Positions 35,501-47,756 of a stretch of 64,000 bases of DNA are shown piece after piece. Position numbers and translations under genes: made by a program. The notes under the pieces were generated by a model that had not been told where the DNA came from, did no database searches, and worked only from the letters and a program-made list of their open reading frames with translations. The stretch is from Lingula anatina (taxonomy: Eukaryota; Animalia; Brachiopoda), in contig CM120649.1 of the NCBI GenBank assembly GCA_051362555.1, positions 17,064,567-17,128,566 on the forward strand, read 5' to 3'. Every line of letters starts with the position of its first letter. The first letter of the stretch is position 1.

Positions 35501-38500
35501 TGGAAAATTTTATGCGGACGCCCATGAAAGCGTCTTATTTCAGTTGAAAACTGACCAATGGTACAAAATAGTCCCAAATATAACTCTCCTGTACAATAAA
35601 AAACAGATATTTGAGATGAATAATGGCAGTTGTATTTAACTATATTTTATGAGCAGCTATCATATTGCAGTAAAAACGTGCTCCCCTTTGATCCCCTTTA
35701 GCAAACCAGGTTTTGTTTTTGCTGCAACGCTGCATGAAGACAATCAGAAAGCAACTCACCAATAGTAACTCTCCCTCTGAGATCTTCGTGGTTTGGATTG
35801 ATGCCTGTGTCTGCCACATATACATCTATTCCCTTTCCATCACCCCAGATGTCATATTTGGCATCGTATGAATTACCATCAAGAGTATCCAACCCCTGCA
35901 GGTAAAGGTTATACAAAATATGAAACTAGCTTTACATATTGCCACGGCTGCAACGAATTCTTCCATAAAAATTCCAGATATGTGCAATTCTTGTACAGTC
36001 TTGCTAGAAAGTAAATGGACTTGTCAACAGTAAATTAAATGCACCTTTTACTTCATATATTGCTCAGGTTTATGACAAAGAGTATAGGACTTTGATCCTA
36101 CAAGTGTTAGCAATAGTCAAAACTGAACTGCTTTTAGAAATCAGAATAATCAACATTCTACAAAGTTATTATAATTGAATTATATGAAACCATTAAGTTA
36201 TATAAGGTCGACCTTTCTGATCGGAAATCAACATTAACATACCCAATTATAACTTCCATTGCCATTATTGTACTCTTTGCAGTATTTCGTGGCTACTAAC
36301 AACTCGATGTCCTCTTCAATTTCACCAATGGCATCGGTGAGTTGCCGCAAATCGTCGAGGTTGCTTAAAACATTGTTTTAAAAACTCATAAATACAGTCA
36401 AATATTTCAAAAAGGTTAATGTACATCCTTGGTGTTAGTAAAAACAAATATAGAATTATTAATTGATGACCAATACGTATTTTAATTATTTTCTCCTTAA
36501 GAACTTTGCTTTTTAGCCCAAAGTGTTATTTGATCGGTAGTTCATAGCGAAGACGATGATAAAATATTTTTATTTATAAAACTATTTTTTAGGAATGTGT
36601 AGAAACGGATGAAAAACACACTCAAATCAAAAATGCACCCAACCTTTTACTTATGTTTCGCAGAATGAGGAAATCCTTGTCTCTATTAAACTTCACTTGT
36701 TGTCTTCGTTCAGGTTCTTTGATGATTCTACGGACTAGATCAATAAAACTATGTTTCTTGTAAATGATTAAAATAATAAATCCATTTAAGGCTACAATAG
36801 AGCAGAGATGGATCGGATCCTAAGTCCATATTAGAAAAAATACAAAGGCAAACAGAGAACTCAGACCTTCACCAGAACAAATGATAAACTAATAATCAAC
36901 CATTAGTTAATAGAAAGACCATCACCAAAATGTTGTCACTTTAAAGCTAGTCCATTTTTTACCTATCCTGATTATTTAATAAAAATTCGTCCTTTCATTT
37001 GTGAGTTAAGTTGCTAACAGACAGACTACCAAACTACCAAGAGACCCTCTGATAAGATTCGAAATGAAAGTGCCAAATACAGGTAATAGGTCACAAAATG
37101 AACACTTTTATTTTACTGAACATTGTTTACGCAACAAAAAGCACACATGCGTCAGCTTCATTGCTTTTTTTACTGGTGCTTGCTTGCGGCGTCTCAGCGT
37201 CAACGGCATTTGGTTTTAATTGACCACCACAACCACATACGCTAGACGACCTTAATGCCCTATCACGTTTCCCTGCGATCCAGTAAAATTAAAACAAATT
37301 TTCTCGATATTCATTCAGATATATAAATATAGGAGCAAAGTTTACCCACTTCGAACGTGCGTTGCATCAGGCAAAAGTCGAGCGATGTATTGTCCTGGTA
37401 TCCCAGATAAGTCCATGTACTCAATGAGGGGCACTGAGGGAAATATGAATAAGAGTGAATCATCCATTAAAATATCCCTTTGCGATTTAGTTTGGATACG
37501 TTCAAACCAACATTATATTATTCCTTGGTGAATTATATGCCTTCTTTTGGTCACTTATATTGCTATATACTTCAAAGTGCATAGTAACTGATCAAATAAT
37601 CTTTATCAAGTAAGATTTCTTCTTCATAATAATAATAATAATAATAATAATTAATATTTTTATTTCAAGTCTAAAATCCATAAAATGTTCAATAGACTGT
37701 ACAACATAAAATACAAAGAAGTTTATAAATAAAAATAGTTAAGATATATATTATATAAATCAGAACTAGACTAAATTGTAATAAGCAGTAATAAAAGTAA
37801 AAAATACAAGGTTCTTTAATGTAAAATTAAAAATTCATGAATAAAATGTCTTAAAAATGTGAGTTTTCAATTCCTTTTTTAAAACATTCTTGTGATTCTT
37901 TTTGTCTAATAAAAATTGGCAACTTATTCCACTCTACTGGTGCAGCTACACAAAATGATATGTCACCATATGTTTTTAACTTTGATTTGGGAACTTTCAG
38001 TTTGTCACCAGACCTCAGGGATCTTTGAGGGCTATAATGTTTTACTAGATCAGTAATATATGGTGGAGCTAGGTTATAAAAAGCAGCATGTGTAAAAGCT
38101 AAAACCTTAAATAAAATTCTGGCCCTAACTGGTAACCAGTGCAGCTGCTTTAAAATTGGAGTGATATGGCAATCCCTAGGCTGTAGCATTAAAGCCGTGC
38201 TGAGATATTCTGGATGCGTTGTAATCTTTTGATCTTATCATCCATATAATACAGAATTGCAATAGTCCAACCTGGAAGTTACCAATGAGTGTATAACAGT
38301 AGCAGCAGATGATTGATTCAGATATTTCCTTATGGTGCCAATATTCCGAATGTTGAATAAACAAGACCTTGTGATGTAAGAGATCTGTTTGTTCATTGAA
38401 AGTGAAGAATCAAAGTATACTCCTATTTTTTTACATGAAGGGAGGATAGTGCCATACTAGCTTCAATTTTAAGTTGCAAGTTATCAGCAAGGCCCTTGTT

Positions 38501-39224
38501 GTGGGGTCGAGTAATGACTAAAAATTCTGTTTTTCCATCATTTATCTTCAATTTGTTTGAAATGAGCCAACCTCTGAGGTCTGATATGCAATCAACAATG
38601 GTGTTCACAGACAATGCTGGATCATGAATGTTACAAGATGTGTACATCTGGGTATCATCATTCATGTCATGGTATGAATCAAATAATTATGCCATGAATT
38701 TATTTTTACATTATATTATTCCTCGATGAGTTAAAGGCCTCTTTTTTGGTCACTTATAATGCTCTATACTTCAAAGTAACTGATCAAATAATCTTGTCAT
38801 GTAAGATTTCTTTTTTAAAATTGCCAAGTGTTAAATACATCAACAATCAAATGAACAAATCTTTAAGTTGCATTTCCTACATACATTAATAGAAAAATCG
38901 GTGTTACTTAACAAATAGAGCATGAGCAATGTGAGGAGTATTAAAAGATTTCTTACACTATGTTGTGTGAAAACGTCTCATACGAACAAACTCTTTTGGT
39001 GCAGTTAATCAACCGTTCTACTTGCCTAATCCTTGTTCTTCTGACACTTTCAATACACCAGCATCTTGCAACTTTTTTCGAATGGCTTCGTAATCTCCTT
39101 TTTTCATCGGTGGTGCCTCAGGTGCGTCTCCAAACATAACGTTGTTCACCTGCCCCTCATGATGTGCACTTGTCATTGTAAACAGCCAGAAAGCCAAAAC
39201 ACCTATGAGTGCCGATGCCTGCAT
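32531..39224 (-). CDS. Secreted proteinase K-like S8 protease precursor, paralog D (6 coding exons, 441 aa, open frame; oxyanion Asn replaced by Ser)
   Basis: Exons 39026-39224, 37350-37433, 36644-36734, 36243-36363, 35760-35895 and 32531-33225 total 1326 nt with no stops and consistent phases. Motifs WGLDTLD, VADTG, GHGT, AAGS, GTSIAAS. Confidence 0.92.
33336..35368. mobile_element. CACTA/EnSpm-like non-autonomous element (same family as 9871-10546, inverted) interrupted by a Tc1
   Basis: Ends CCCAGGGGGCA...TGCCTGCTGGG, CAACGTTG arrays, AA flanks. The interior matches the B copy in reverse. Confidence 0.75.
33740..34950 (-). mobile_element. Second decayed Tc1 copy (inverted, internally deleted) nested in intron 5 of D
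   Basis: Same TIRs as 4715-6054, with one end clipped by about 5 bp. HTH fragment ORF 34385-34738 and an MVWGCIS fragment. The WPAQSP region is deleted (gacaatgc|agagaaac). Confidence 0.9.
35376..35526. mobile_element. hAT-like MITE (151 bp)
   Basis: TIR CATGGGCGTCC / GGACGCCCATG. The 8-bp TSD AAAGCGTT / AAAGCGTC is recoverable once the adjacent CACTA-like insertion is removed. Confidence 0.65.
37628..38660 (-). mobile_element. 5'-truncated L2/CR1-clade LINE in intron 1 of D
   Basis: RT remnants DDTQMY...WLISNKLKINDGKTEFL and HITPILKQLHWLPVRARILFK, a (TTA)n tail at 37628-37651, and a TTCAT duplication. Confidence 0.88.
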
Positions 39225-41499
39225 ATTTCTATAAACAATTATTTCAATTATTTTAAATGGAAAACTTATTATAGTCTTTTAGAAAAATAGTATGATTTCA
39301 AATAGGATTATGTGAGGTTGAAAAAAATTCAAATTAGTTTTTCTTAATGCGTCTTCATGATAATTGCCATATAAGAATAATATATGCAGTCAAATGTTCA
39401 CAAGCACAAAGAAGCTCAGTTTTGACTCAAAATGAAATATGAAATAAGGCCATATGACTAATATTATCATTTATTAAAATGGCTAAACTTGATACGATAC
39501 GGAGAAACAAGATTGGGGATGGTAACAACATTGCATTAAATGGTCACCCTACACCCCATACAATGGAGCAAAGATTGACAAAGAGCAAAACAATGGCTGT
39601 CAAAGAGTCAGGTAGATACATGTAGATAGATAAATGACCCCTTACCTCCATGTTGATGAAATGGGTAATATAATGTCTGGTTGAATTTCATAACTAACAC
39701 AAAACTAAAACAATCGGATCCAGAGATTTGGAAGTGGTGGACACAGGGTAAAAGAATATACATTTTACTACTCTGTGCTTGGTATCAAACAGTTAACAAT
39801 GACAATTGTACTATAATATATGGGGGACTGGGATGGTCAACTGCTAGATTTTGACTCTATTTCTTAGTTGTGCTGTTTTTGGGAACTATAAAAGTGAAAG
39901 AAAAATATCAGAAGTGAATATCTTGGGATAGAATAGTGTCTCAGAGAATATTACAAGGGTTATATTAAATATATACTATTGTGAAAGAAAGGATTTCTCT
40001 AGAACCTAAGAAAAGCAACCAATAAAAATACTCGTAAAATATTTGACAGTTTATCTTGTTGTTGCATTGCACTCGCCGGTACTTAGAGCTTTCTCGTTTG
40101 GTTCCCATTTGAATTTCAAATTCTCATGAGAGTTTATACTGGTAGGAATATGACTAAAGGCAAAACAATAATGTAACCAAAATTAGCTTTTATCCAAGAA
40201 ATAACGTTAACACTGATGGCATTACTGGCCTGCCCGCATTAATGTAATTTTTGTTAAATTTAATATTGGCAGGACGCCCGATCTTGTGAGGATGGAACGT
40301 ATCGAATTTTCCATACCAGGTCAACTGCTGGCGTTGATGTTTCTCCTAGAATATTATAAACGTTAAAATTTTCAATGACGTAGATTTAGCAAGGGGCAAC
40401 ATAAAGGTGGCTCGGTAGGTTATAGTAGCCTAAATTTGTCAAAATAGCTTTTCTTTTCTGTTTCTTTTTATGTCTAACATTCATATCCAGATATTAATGC
40501 AAAAATTTTTTTTAATTAGATAAAAAATACCCTTTTTATTATTTTGTTCACCAACCCATACAGATCTTGCATTAAGCTCTGTCCCTGTTTACCGTCAATT
40601 TATATGTTTTTATAATGATACGATATAATTACGTCTTTAAAACTCGGGAGCTAAGTTAGGCAATGTTTGAAAAAACTGGTGATGCAGCCAAAATTGATCT
40701 ACAGGTACTTTACTTGACTGGATGATGTCCTTAACTAGGAGAATGCGCCAAAAACAACACGTTGCAAGCGCTTGTAAGCTTGGTAAGTAGCACGGGTGTC
40801 CAACATTGCAGCTTTCTACACATACCATATGTACAGAACCTTTCATATTGCAAAAGTCATTATTTACATGTGAGCTAATTTTAAAGATAGCTCAGTTACC
40901 TTAGTAGAGAGTAATGCAACTGAACATATGTTGCTCCTTTTCCTTTGAACAGCGTCGTGTTCGATATGACAAAGTACTGGTATATTTTTAGTTTTAACTT
41001 TTAAACTTTAAATACAATCATAGCACGTGTGCCGCCGATATCAGACACGTACAGTAGATGTAGCTTGAAAGCCCATGGAGCATATTTGGGGCAGGTCATT
41101 AATTCCAAATATGTCTAATTATAATTATAAAGTGCATGATGATTTGCAGTGCATATATAGCCAATGCACACGGAATAGGAACACATTTTCTGGTGTGCGC
41201 CGCCATACCAGACCCGTAGCTTAGTCCCTTTTGGGACATATTTAGGACAAGTTATTAAATCAGAGCCCATTTAATCCCAAATTAGCTATGATAAAATATC
41301 CTTTAGTTCAAGGTGAATCCCGTTCACCTTAAGGTACGTATTGTACTGAAATATGTCTTTTTTGTTCTGAAGCCGGCGTAATATTTCATTTAATTGGACA
41401 AATATTGATTTAGCTCGGATCAAAGCGGACTGTTCACGACGAATGTTGGTGACACATTACAGTGTTTTAAATTTTAATCGGTGTTAACTCATGTCCTTT

Positions 41500-42665
41500 A
41501 CCTAAAGCACAAAGGCACTCACAAATCACCGTCAATACCACTAGCTTGTGGTGCACCACAAGGCTCTGTACTCGGTCCCATCCTGTTCACTCTTTACACG
41601 TCACCAGTTGAGGACATTGTCTCTAAGTACGGTTTTAACCTAATGCTCTTTGCAGTTGATTCACAAATTTATATTGTTTGCGACAGGTCATCATATGTTA
41701 TACTATCTATCCAGATATATATTATTCAGTTGAGTCAATGACTTAATGCCAGTTCACTTGTTTTCAATGATGGCAAAACAGAAGTAGTTCACTTTACTTC
41801 TCGTATTTCTAAGGATGCAGCAAAAACTAAAACTTTTAGAAATCGGAAACAGTACAGTCACGGTAAAAGATGAGGTTAAAAACCTTGGAGTAATCAGTAA
41901 AAAATGCAAAGCCGCTTTCTATGGTCTTTTAAAAAATTCCAAACTATCCCATATCCTTGATAAAAGTCAAATGGAGAGGATTGTCCATGGCTTTATAACT
42001 GCACATCTTGACTACGGAAACAGTCTACTCTATGGTCTTCCTACCTACCAAATTGAAAAACTGCAATCTGTCCAAAATGCTGCAGCACGACTACTGACCA
42101 AAACTCCTCTCAGATCAAACATTTCACATATTTTATTCGAACAACACTGGCTTCCTGTACGACAGAGAATTGTTTTCAAATTGCTGCTGTTTATTTTTAA
42201 ATTCACCAGAGGTGAATGCCCCTCGTATTTTAACTCGATGCTAAATCCAAGTACACCCAGTCTCACCAGGTCTACCAGATCCACCTCCACTCTTTGTTTT
42301 ACCAGAAATGATAATAAAAAACAACCAAAACCTACGGCCACAGGGCATTTTCAATTGCAGCACCCATTTTATGGAATCAACTACCCTCACACATTCGGAC
42401 TATTGATAGTGTTAAGGTTTTTAAAAAAGACTTAAAACATTCTTATTTGCACAGTATTTTAATTAATATTTTCTCATTTTATCAGAAAAAAGTTTTATTG
42501 TTCAGACCATTACTATTTTCACCAGAATTAATTATTTAATTTTTTTTTACCTTAGCTTTTATTATCTATATAATTAGTTATACTTCTGATAATTCTATCC
42601 GTAAACAGCATTGAGACGGTAGTGTAGTGCGGTTTTAAGAAATAAATATTACTATTATTATTTTT
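41500..42665 (+). mobile_element. 5'-truncated L2/CR1-clade LINE, decayed
   Basis: GAPQGSVLGPILFTLYT, FAVDSQIY, HLDYGNSLLYGLP, LQSVQNAAARLL and HWLPVRQRIVFK, ending in AATAAA plus a TATTA-type tail. The 5' boundary is approximate. Confidence 0.88.
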
Positions 42666-42755
42666 TAAAAACCTTATTCATTTCATGTTGTTAATGGTGT
42701 TCCTGAATTAATATCTTTTTTGCTATACCAGTCAACTGCTAGCGTTGATGTACAG

Positions 42756-45700
42756 TAGTAATAAAAATTAAGTTTCCGTTGTACGACGTTTTAAAAACGT
42801 CAAAACGTTTTAATCCCTATACTATGAATAGAAGGGGGCGGACAAACAATGGAGACCCGTCTAATCCCTTCAAAATTCGAACGCCAAAACACAATAGTTT
42901 AGACGTAATAACACACAATACCTTAGGCGAGTGAACCCCATGACGCCTGTTTCTGTGGTCCAGCGCGAGCGCGACAATCCGCTGTGACTAGGTGTAATTA
43001 ACAGCAGGATACATCAGCCAGAAGGTGCCCATTGTTTGTTGCGGCGATAGGATTATACTCCCGTGGCCACCTATCCTTTTGTTCACTAGCTTGGCACACG
43101 CAGCTGATCATGTTTTAAGTGTTGCAAGAAAACTGCTAGTTTAATTTAGTATCAGTTTTTTAATTCAACATGAAGTGTTCTGTGGTCAAAAATTGAATTT
43201 GATAGACATGCATCAGCATCGTACATCAGCATGATCAACAAATCACCCCGTCTCAAAAAGTTTAAAGATGCTCCGTACACAAATTTCCATCATCGCTACC
43301 TGTGTAAAAATAGATTACTGTTGAGAGATAACAAAGAAAGAAACATTATTAAAACAATTTATTCACATTGCAAGCTGGCGTGTTGCCTCAATTACTACAT
43401 AAAGTTACATTTTATATAAAATAATAGAACGAATCCGAAAAAGGATAATACTAGAAAGTCTTAATAAATAAATAAATAAACAGGACCGCAGCCAGGGGGA
43501 GTTCGGGAGGTTCGAAAACCCCCCCCTCTTTTGCTGAAAAAAGGCCCACTCTGGGTAAAATTTGACATAAGTACCTGGGGATTTGTACATGGGGATTTTT
43601 TGGTTAAAGGTCCACTTTTTCAGAAAAAGACACTCCCCCTTTAAAATTGCTGGCTACGGGCTTGATAAATAAATAAATAAAAATATTATTTAAAGAATAA
43701 AGTAAATACTTAGGTTACATTAAGAATCAAATAAAAAAAATAGATAAAAATAAGATGGTTTAAATCATTAAATAAAATTAATAAATAATAAATAAATTAT
43801 GATTTAATAATTGAATGAATAAATCGCTGTGAAGAAATAATCATTGTCGCAGCTAACGCGGTGAGTGTCAACCCATTATCAGGGCCATAACTTATAACTC
43901 CTTGATTCAACGTACTTTCATAAACATGTAGTGTGACCACACTGTCAGCCACCCCCCTTGTTGCACGTTGCAAGCGATTTGTCTCATAACTATGACAAGG
44001 CGTTCTTTTTTCTTGTTGTTGTTTAAAAACGGACCACTTTGTCAAGGCTAATTGCTTAGCTCCCTGCGCGTCATATGTACTTAGCTCTTTGCGCGACCTA
44101 TGTAAACGCTAAGATATGAATGTTATACCGGGTAGTTGATTGTTTTGCCCGGCCGCCGCACTTATGCTTTCTTACTAGAGCGATCTAGAACAACTAAGTC
44201 GCTAGTTTTCCCTGTTTGTAACTGAAGCAAAATATGTTCGACATGCCGTTTCTGCACGACAGCCGGAGACACAGTAATTATATAAGGCATGGTTTAAGCT
44301 TGTTCGAGAGATAATAACAGTCGCGTTTAACAAAAGATAGTAAGACCCCCTCCTCTTTAACTGATGTCTTACACTGTTAATATTGACCGCACTTTCATAT
44401 ATTATGTAATGCACTGTCAGACTTTCCCCTGTTGCACGTTGGCGTTGGATTGTACTTGTGCCTCTGTCAATGCACCTCATTTAGTTTAAATATTTTTACC
44501 GCATAAACCTTTGTGGTTAAGAGTTATTAGTTTAGTAGTAGAAATAGGATGCTTGGACAAAAAGCTTCTAGTCAACTCGCTAAGACCTAGGGTGTGATGC
44601 TGCTATCATCCGAGGAAACACCTACACTGAACCTTCTACCTGAAGTCCCCCTAGCTAAAACAAAAAATGCCCCTTGAACCGGTCCATTTTTAAAGCGACG
44701 AATCATTTTTGATATCATTGAGCGTTAAAGCGTAGGTTTATTCATCATGATCTATTTTGTAAACAATACTTGCCTAGATTTTACTTGGATTGATCATAGT
44801 CACTGTTTGGCTACTCGCCTATAATGCGTGCTGAATGACAGACAACTTATAAATATCATCTGTGTTACTGTGTTTATGACCACGTTAAGTTTAAATAGAA
44901 CGGTATCGGTGATTTAATCCATCCAACATATTTATGTTTCTTCTTTTAAATCAAAGCAAGCCTTGCAGATTGATTTTGTTGAAATTTACGTAAATTAAGT
45001 AAAGCTAAGTAAAGCCTGTTTCTAGTTCATCCACACTATAAAACTGCATGAAGGATAACAAGTCTCTGTAGCCAATTAACTTTCACAATGCCCTGTGCTT
45101 TAGAGTCCCATGTTATACAATAAAATGAGTATGGCTTGAGAGAAATATAAATATGAGGCCGTGTATGAAGATGTTTCAAATAATAAAAATCAAGAATTTA
45201 AACATGTTAGGTACATGCACATCACTTGATAAGTCATTTCACAAAAATGGCATCTAATTTTTCAGATAAACCCCCACTTTTATCGATCTCAACGCCTTGT
45301 CTGATGTTTACATGTAGGCGTATACTCCAATATTAATTGCGAACAATATCAATAGCGACTCGAGATCGTTGCCTGTTTTTCACACTTTTACACAAACTCA
45401 TGAAGGGTTAATAAAAGGATTCGCGTTGCGACATCTATCTCTTTCTTTCGAACAAGCAAATTAAGGGCCGACCCGAAGTAAGCTTTCATAACTAATTTCT
45501 CTTTGACTGTACAGGGGTATATTGTAATTACTCCACTTGGTCGCCTCCATTGTCTTGTAACATTGACAAAGAATGTGTTTTCACACGCTAGTTTACATAA
45601 CTCCTTTGCCTTGTGTCTTTATCAAGGTTATAATCAGTTTGAATAGGTTGTCTTGCCTCACTTAAAAAGGGAGTTGTTCTCCACACTGGTCGTTACCTAA

Positions 45701-46425
45701 CTTATGCTAACCTACTTTGTACAAATATGGTTTTAATAAATCGCCAAAACTATGACACTAGTGAACATTGTGTATCAAACATTTTGATACGATTAAATAA
45801 ATGTGCAAGAAGGATTACGGAATGAGTTACTATTTACCTCCCCCCACGCGCCCTTCAAATAATGCTCTTTTGATTTCGAAATGAATTTGTTTTTAACGCA
45901 AAGAAGTCCAATACCCCTTTCACGACTCAGTCATTGTACAGCATGTTATATTACTCTTTACCCTTTTTATTTGACACTGTCTCTGTTTCTCTCCCCTTTT
46001 ACTTTCTCTTGTTAGAAGGAGGGCAAATAATTAAGCATTCAAAATATGCATCACCAATCTTCAGAAAAGAATGAGTGAATGAACCATTGGGCTGGCCCAC
46101 AACGTCCGACACAGCAGAATAAATTAAATAACAGCTTTCACAGATTTAACTGCAGTTAGCTGTACAGCGTCACTATATACATAATCCGCTGCACGCGCGA
46201 AGCTGTTGAACAAAAGGATAGTTCTCTATGGAAGACCTTTTGTTTACTCTAAGGGGGCGTGCCTAACCAGGCGACAAGAGGATTAGGCTAGTCACTATAT
46301 TCCGTCAAATTCGTTTAGCGACCCTATCATTATCACACTCCCTCTATTGTATTTTCTGACGTTATAATTGTATCTAATCTTCTTACGTTAGATGGAAAAA
46401 ATGCACACATATATAATCTTATGAC
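42756..46425. other. 3.67-kb composite insertion of unclear class
   Basis: It interrupts gatgtacaggtagc, which is intact in the array units and at about 4421, and is flanked by a duplicated TGTACAG. No long ORF and no terminal IR. Confidence 0.6.
43481..43664. mobile_element. hAT-like MITE within a (TAAA)n tract
   Basis: Imperfect TIR CAGGACCGCAGCCAG / CTGGCTACGGGCTTG with G/C-run subtermini. The TSD is obscured by the microsatellite. Confidence 0.55.
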
Positions 46426-47611
46426 TGTACAGGTAGCTGTTGGAATTCATTTTTATGCTGTTAGAATTTCTGAGAAAATCGAGTGGCTTTAGAAAAAGGC
46501 ACCATTTTGGAACTTCAATAGGTAACATACACTTAAATTTGTCAAAGCACCACCTTTCCTTTTTCTATTATATAAAGTTCATATATTTTATTACATAAAA
46601 TTAAACACTTCTAGAGCAAAACCCTCCTTTCTGTTGTTTTATTCACCTCATCCACGCTCTTCCCTTTCTGTATTTTTATTCACCACTCTCACGCGCTTCT
46701 TTTGCTGTAGTTTTATTCACTACTCTCACGGGCTTCGCTTTCTGTTGCTTCATTCACCACTCTTCAAAACGATTGTGAAATCGGTATGAATATCAGTAAG
46801 ACGCGGGAATGAAGCCGCACGCTTGGTTTTTCTTCAATTAATCTTCTTTGTTGAATGATGGACGATGGCGATCGGTTGGCACGTTGACCCCGAAACTAAG
46901 TCAGAATTGATCAGGAAAACTGGCATGGTGTGAAATACAGCCTAATGCCTATGGATTACACTGAACTTTTGTTAATGGTACAACTACATACTTTTGTTAA
47001 TTCTCTCGAACGGGATTGTAGTACTTATTGTTGTGATTAAAACCGTGTTGATAGCTGTTCAGCTGTAAACACAACTTTGCATGGTGCAAAATAAATATAA
47101 ATATATTTATAAAGAATTACGTCAGACGCGCTTCTAATCGCTGTTCTGATTAGATATTGGCGTATTTGTGCCTTGTGTTAACAGTTGAAAAACTTTTCAA
47201 GATGGAGGAAGTAGAATGGCCATTTTAAAATGGTTGCTAAATACTTCGAATAATTGATAAATTCATTTAAATAGCTGGATGTAATAATAACACCGCAGAG
47301 GTGATTTGGAAGTAATGAAAACACGTTTTAGATAGAAACAAAAATTAAAAAGGAAATCACACAATGGTGAAAATCAACAAAAAATTATTTGGAAAAAGGC
47401 ATTCCAAATTCAATGTGAATTCGGTATGAATATCAGTGAGACGCGGTGTTGAAACCGAACAAGACCTTATGTACGTGAGTGGCTGATGTCATCTACGCCA
47501 AGGAAAAGATGCCAAAAGCAACCGTTAACAAACACTTGTACATTGCACAGGCGTTTAGCACTGCCACGTCCAGTTACTCACTGTCCCGAACTTCCAACGT
47601 ATTGAAAATGT

Positions 47612-47756
47612 TCTGATGGAAATTCATCTGTGTAGTCGTAAAATATGATTCAAGTATTAAACTTATCAGTTTCTACACTAAAACGGATGTGATCAAAAGC
47701 TCTGCCAGGTATAACTCTATTTCTAGTGTAGAAATTGGTAATTTTAATACTTAAAT
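47612..47756. mobile_element. Short hairpin insertion with 14-bp target duplication (Penelope-like relic), repeated in every array unit
   Basis: CGTATTGAAAATGT is duplicated (47598-47611, 47757-47770). Inverted arms of about 40 bp and a roughly 30-nt extension outside the left arm. Absent from the homologous site upstream of B (about 13530). Confidence 0.5.

Noticed and set aside
42754-46425. Polinton/Maverick or LTR element (AGT...ACT ends)
   Set aside because: No extended terminal inverted or direct repeats and no integrase, polymerase or gag-pol remnants.
46855-46910. Hammerhead ribozyme at CGAAACTAAGTC in each array unit
   Set aside because: No convincing CUGANGA core or stem I pairing.
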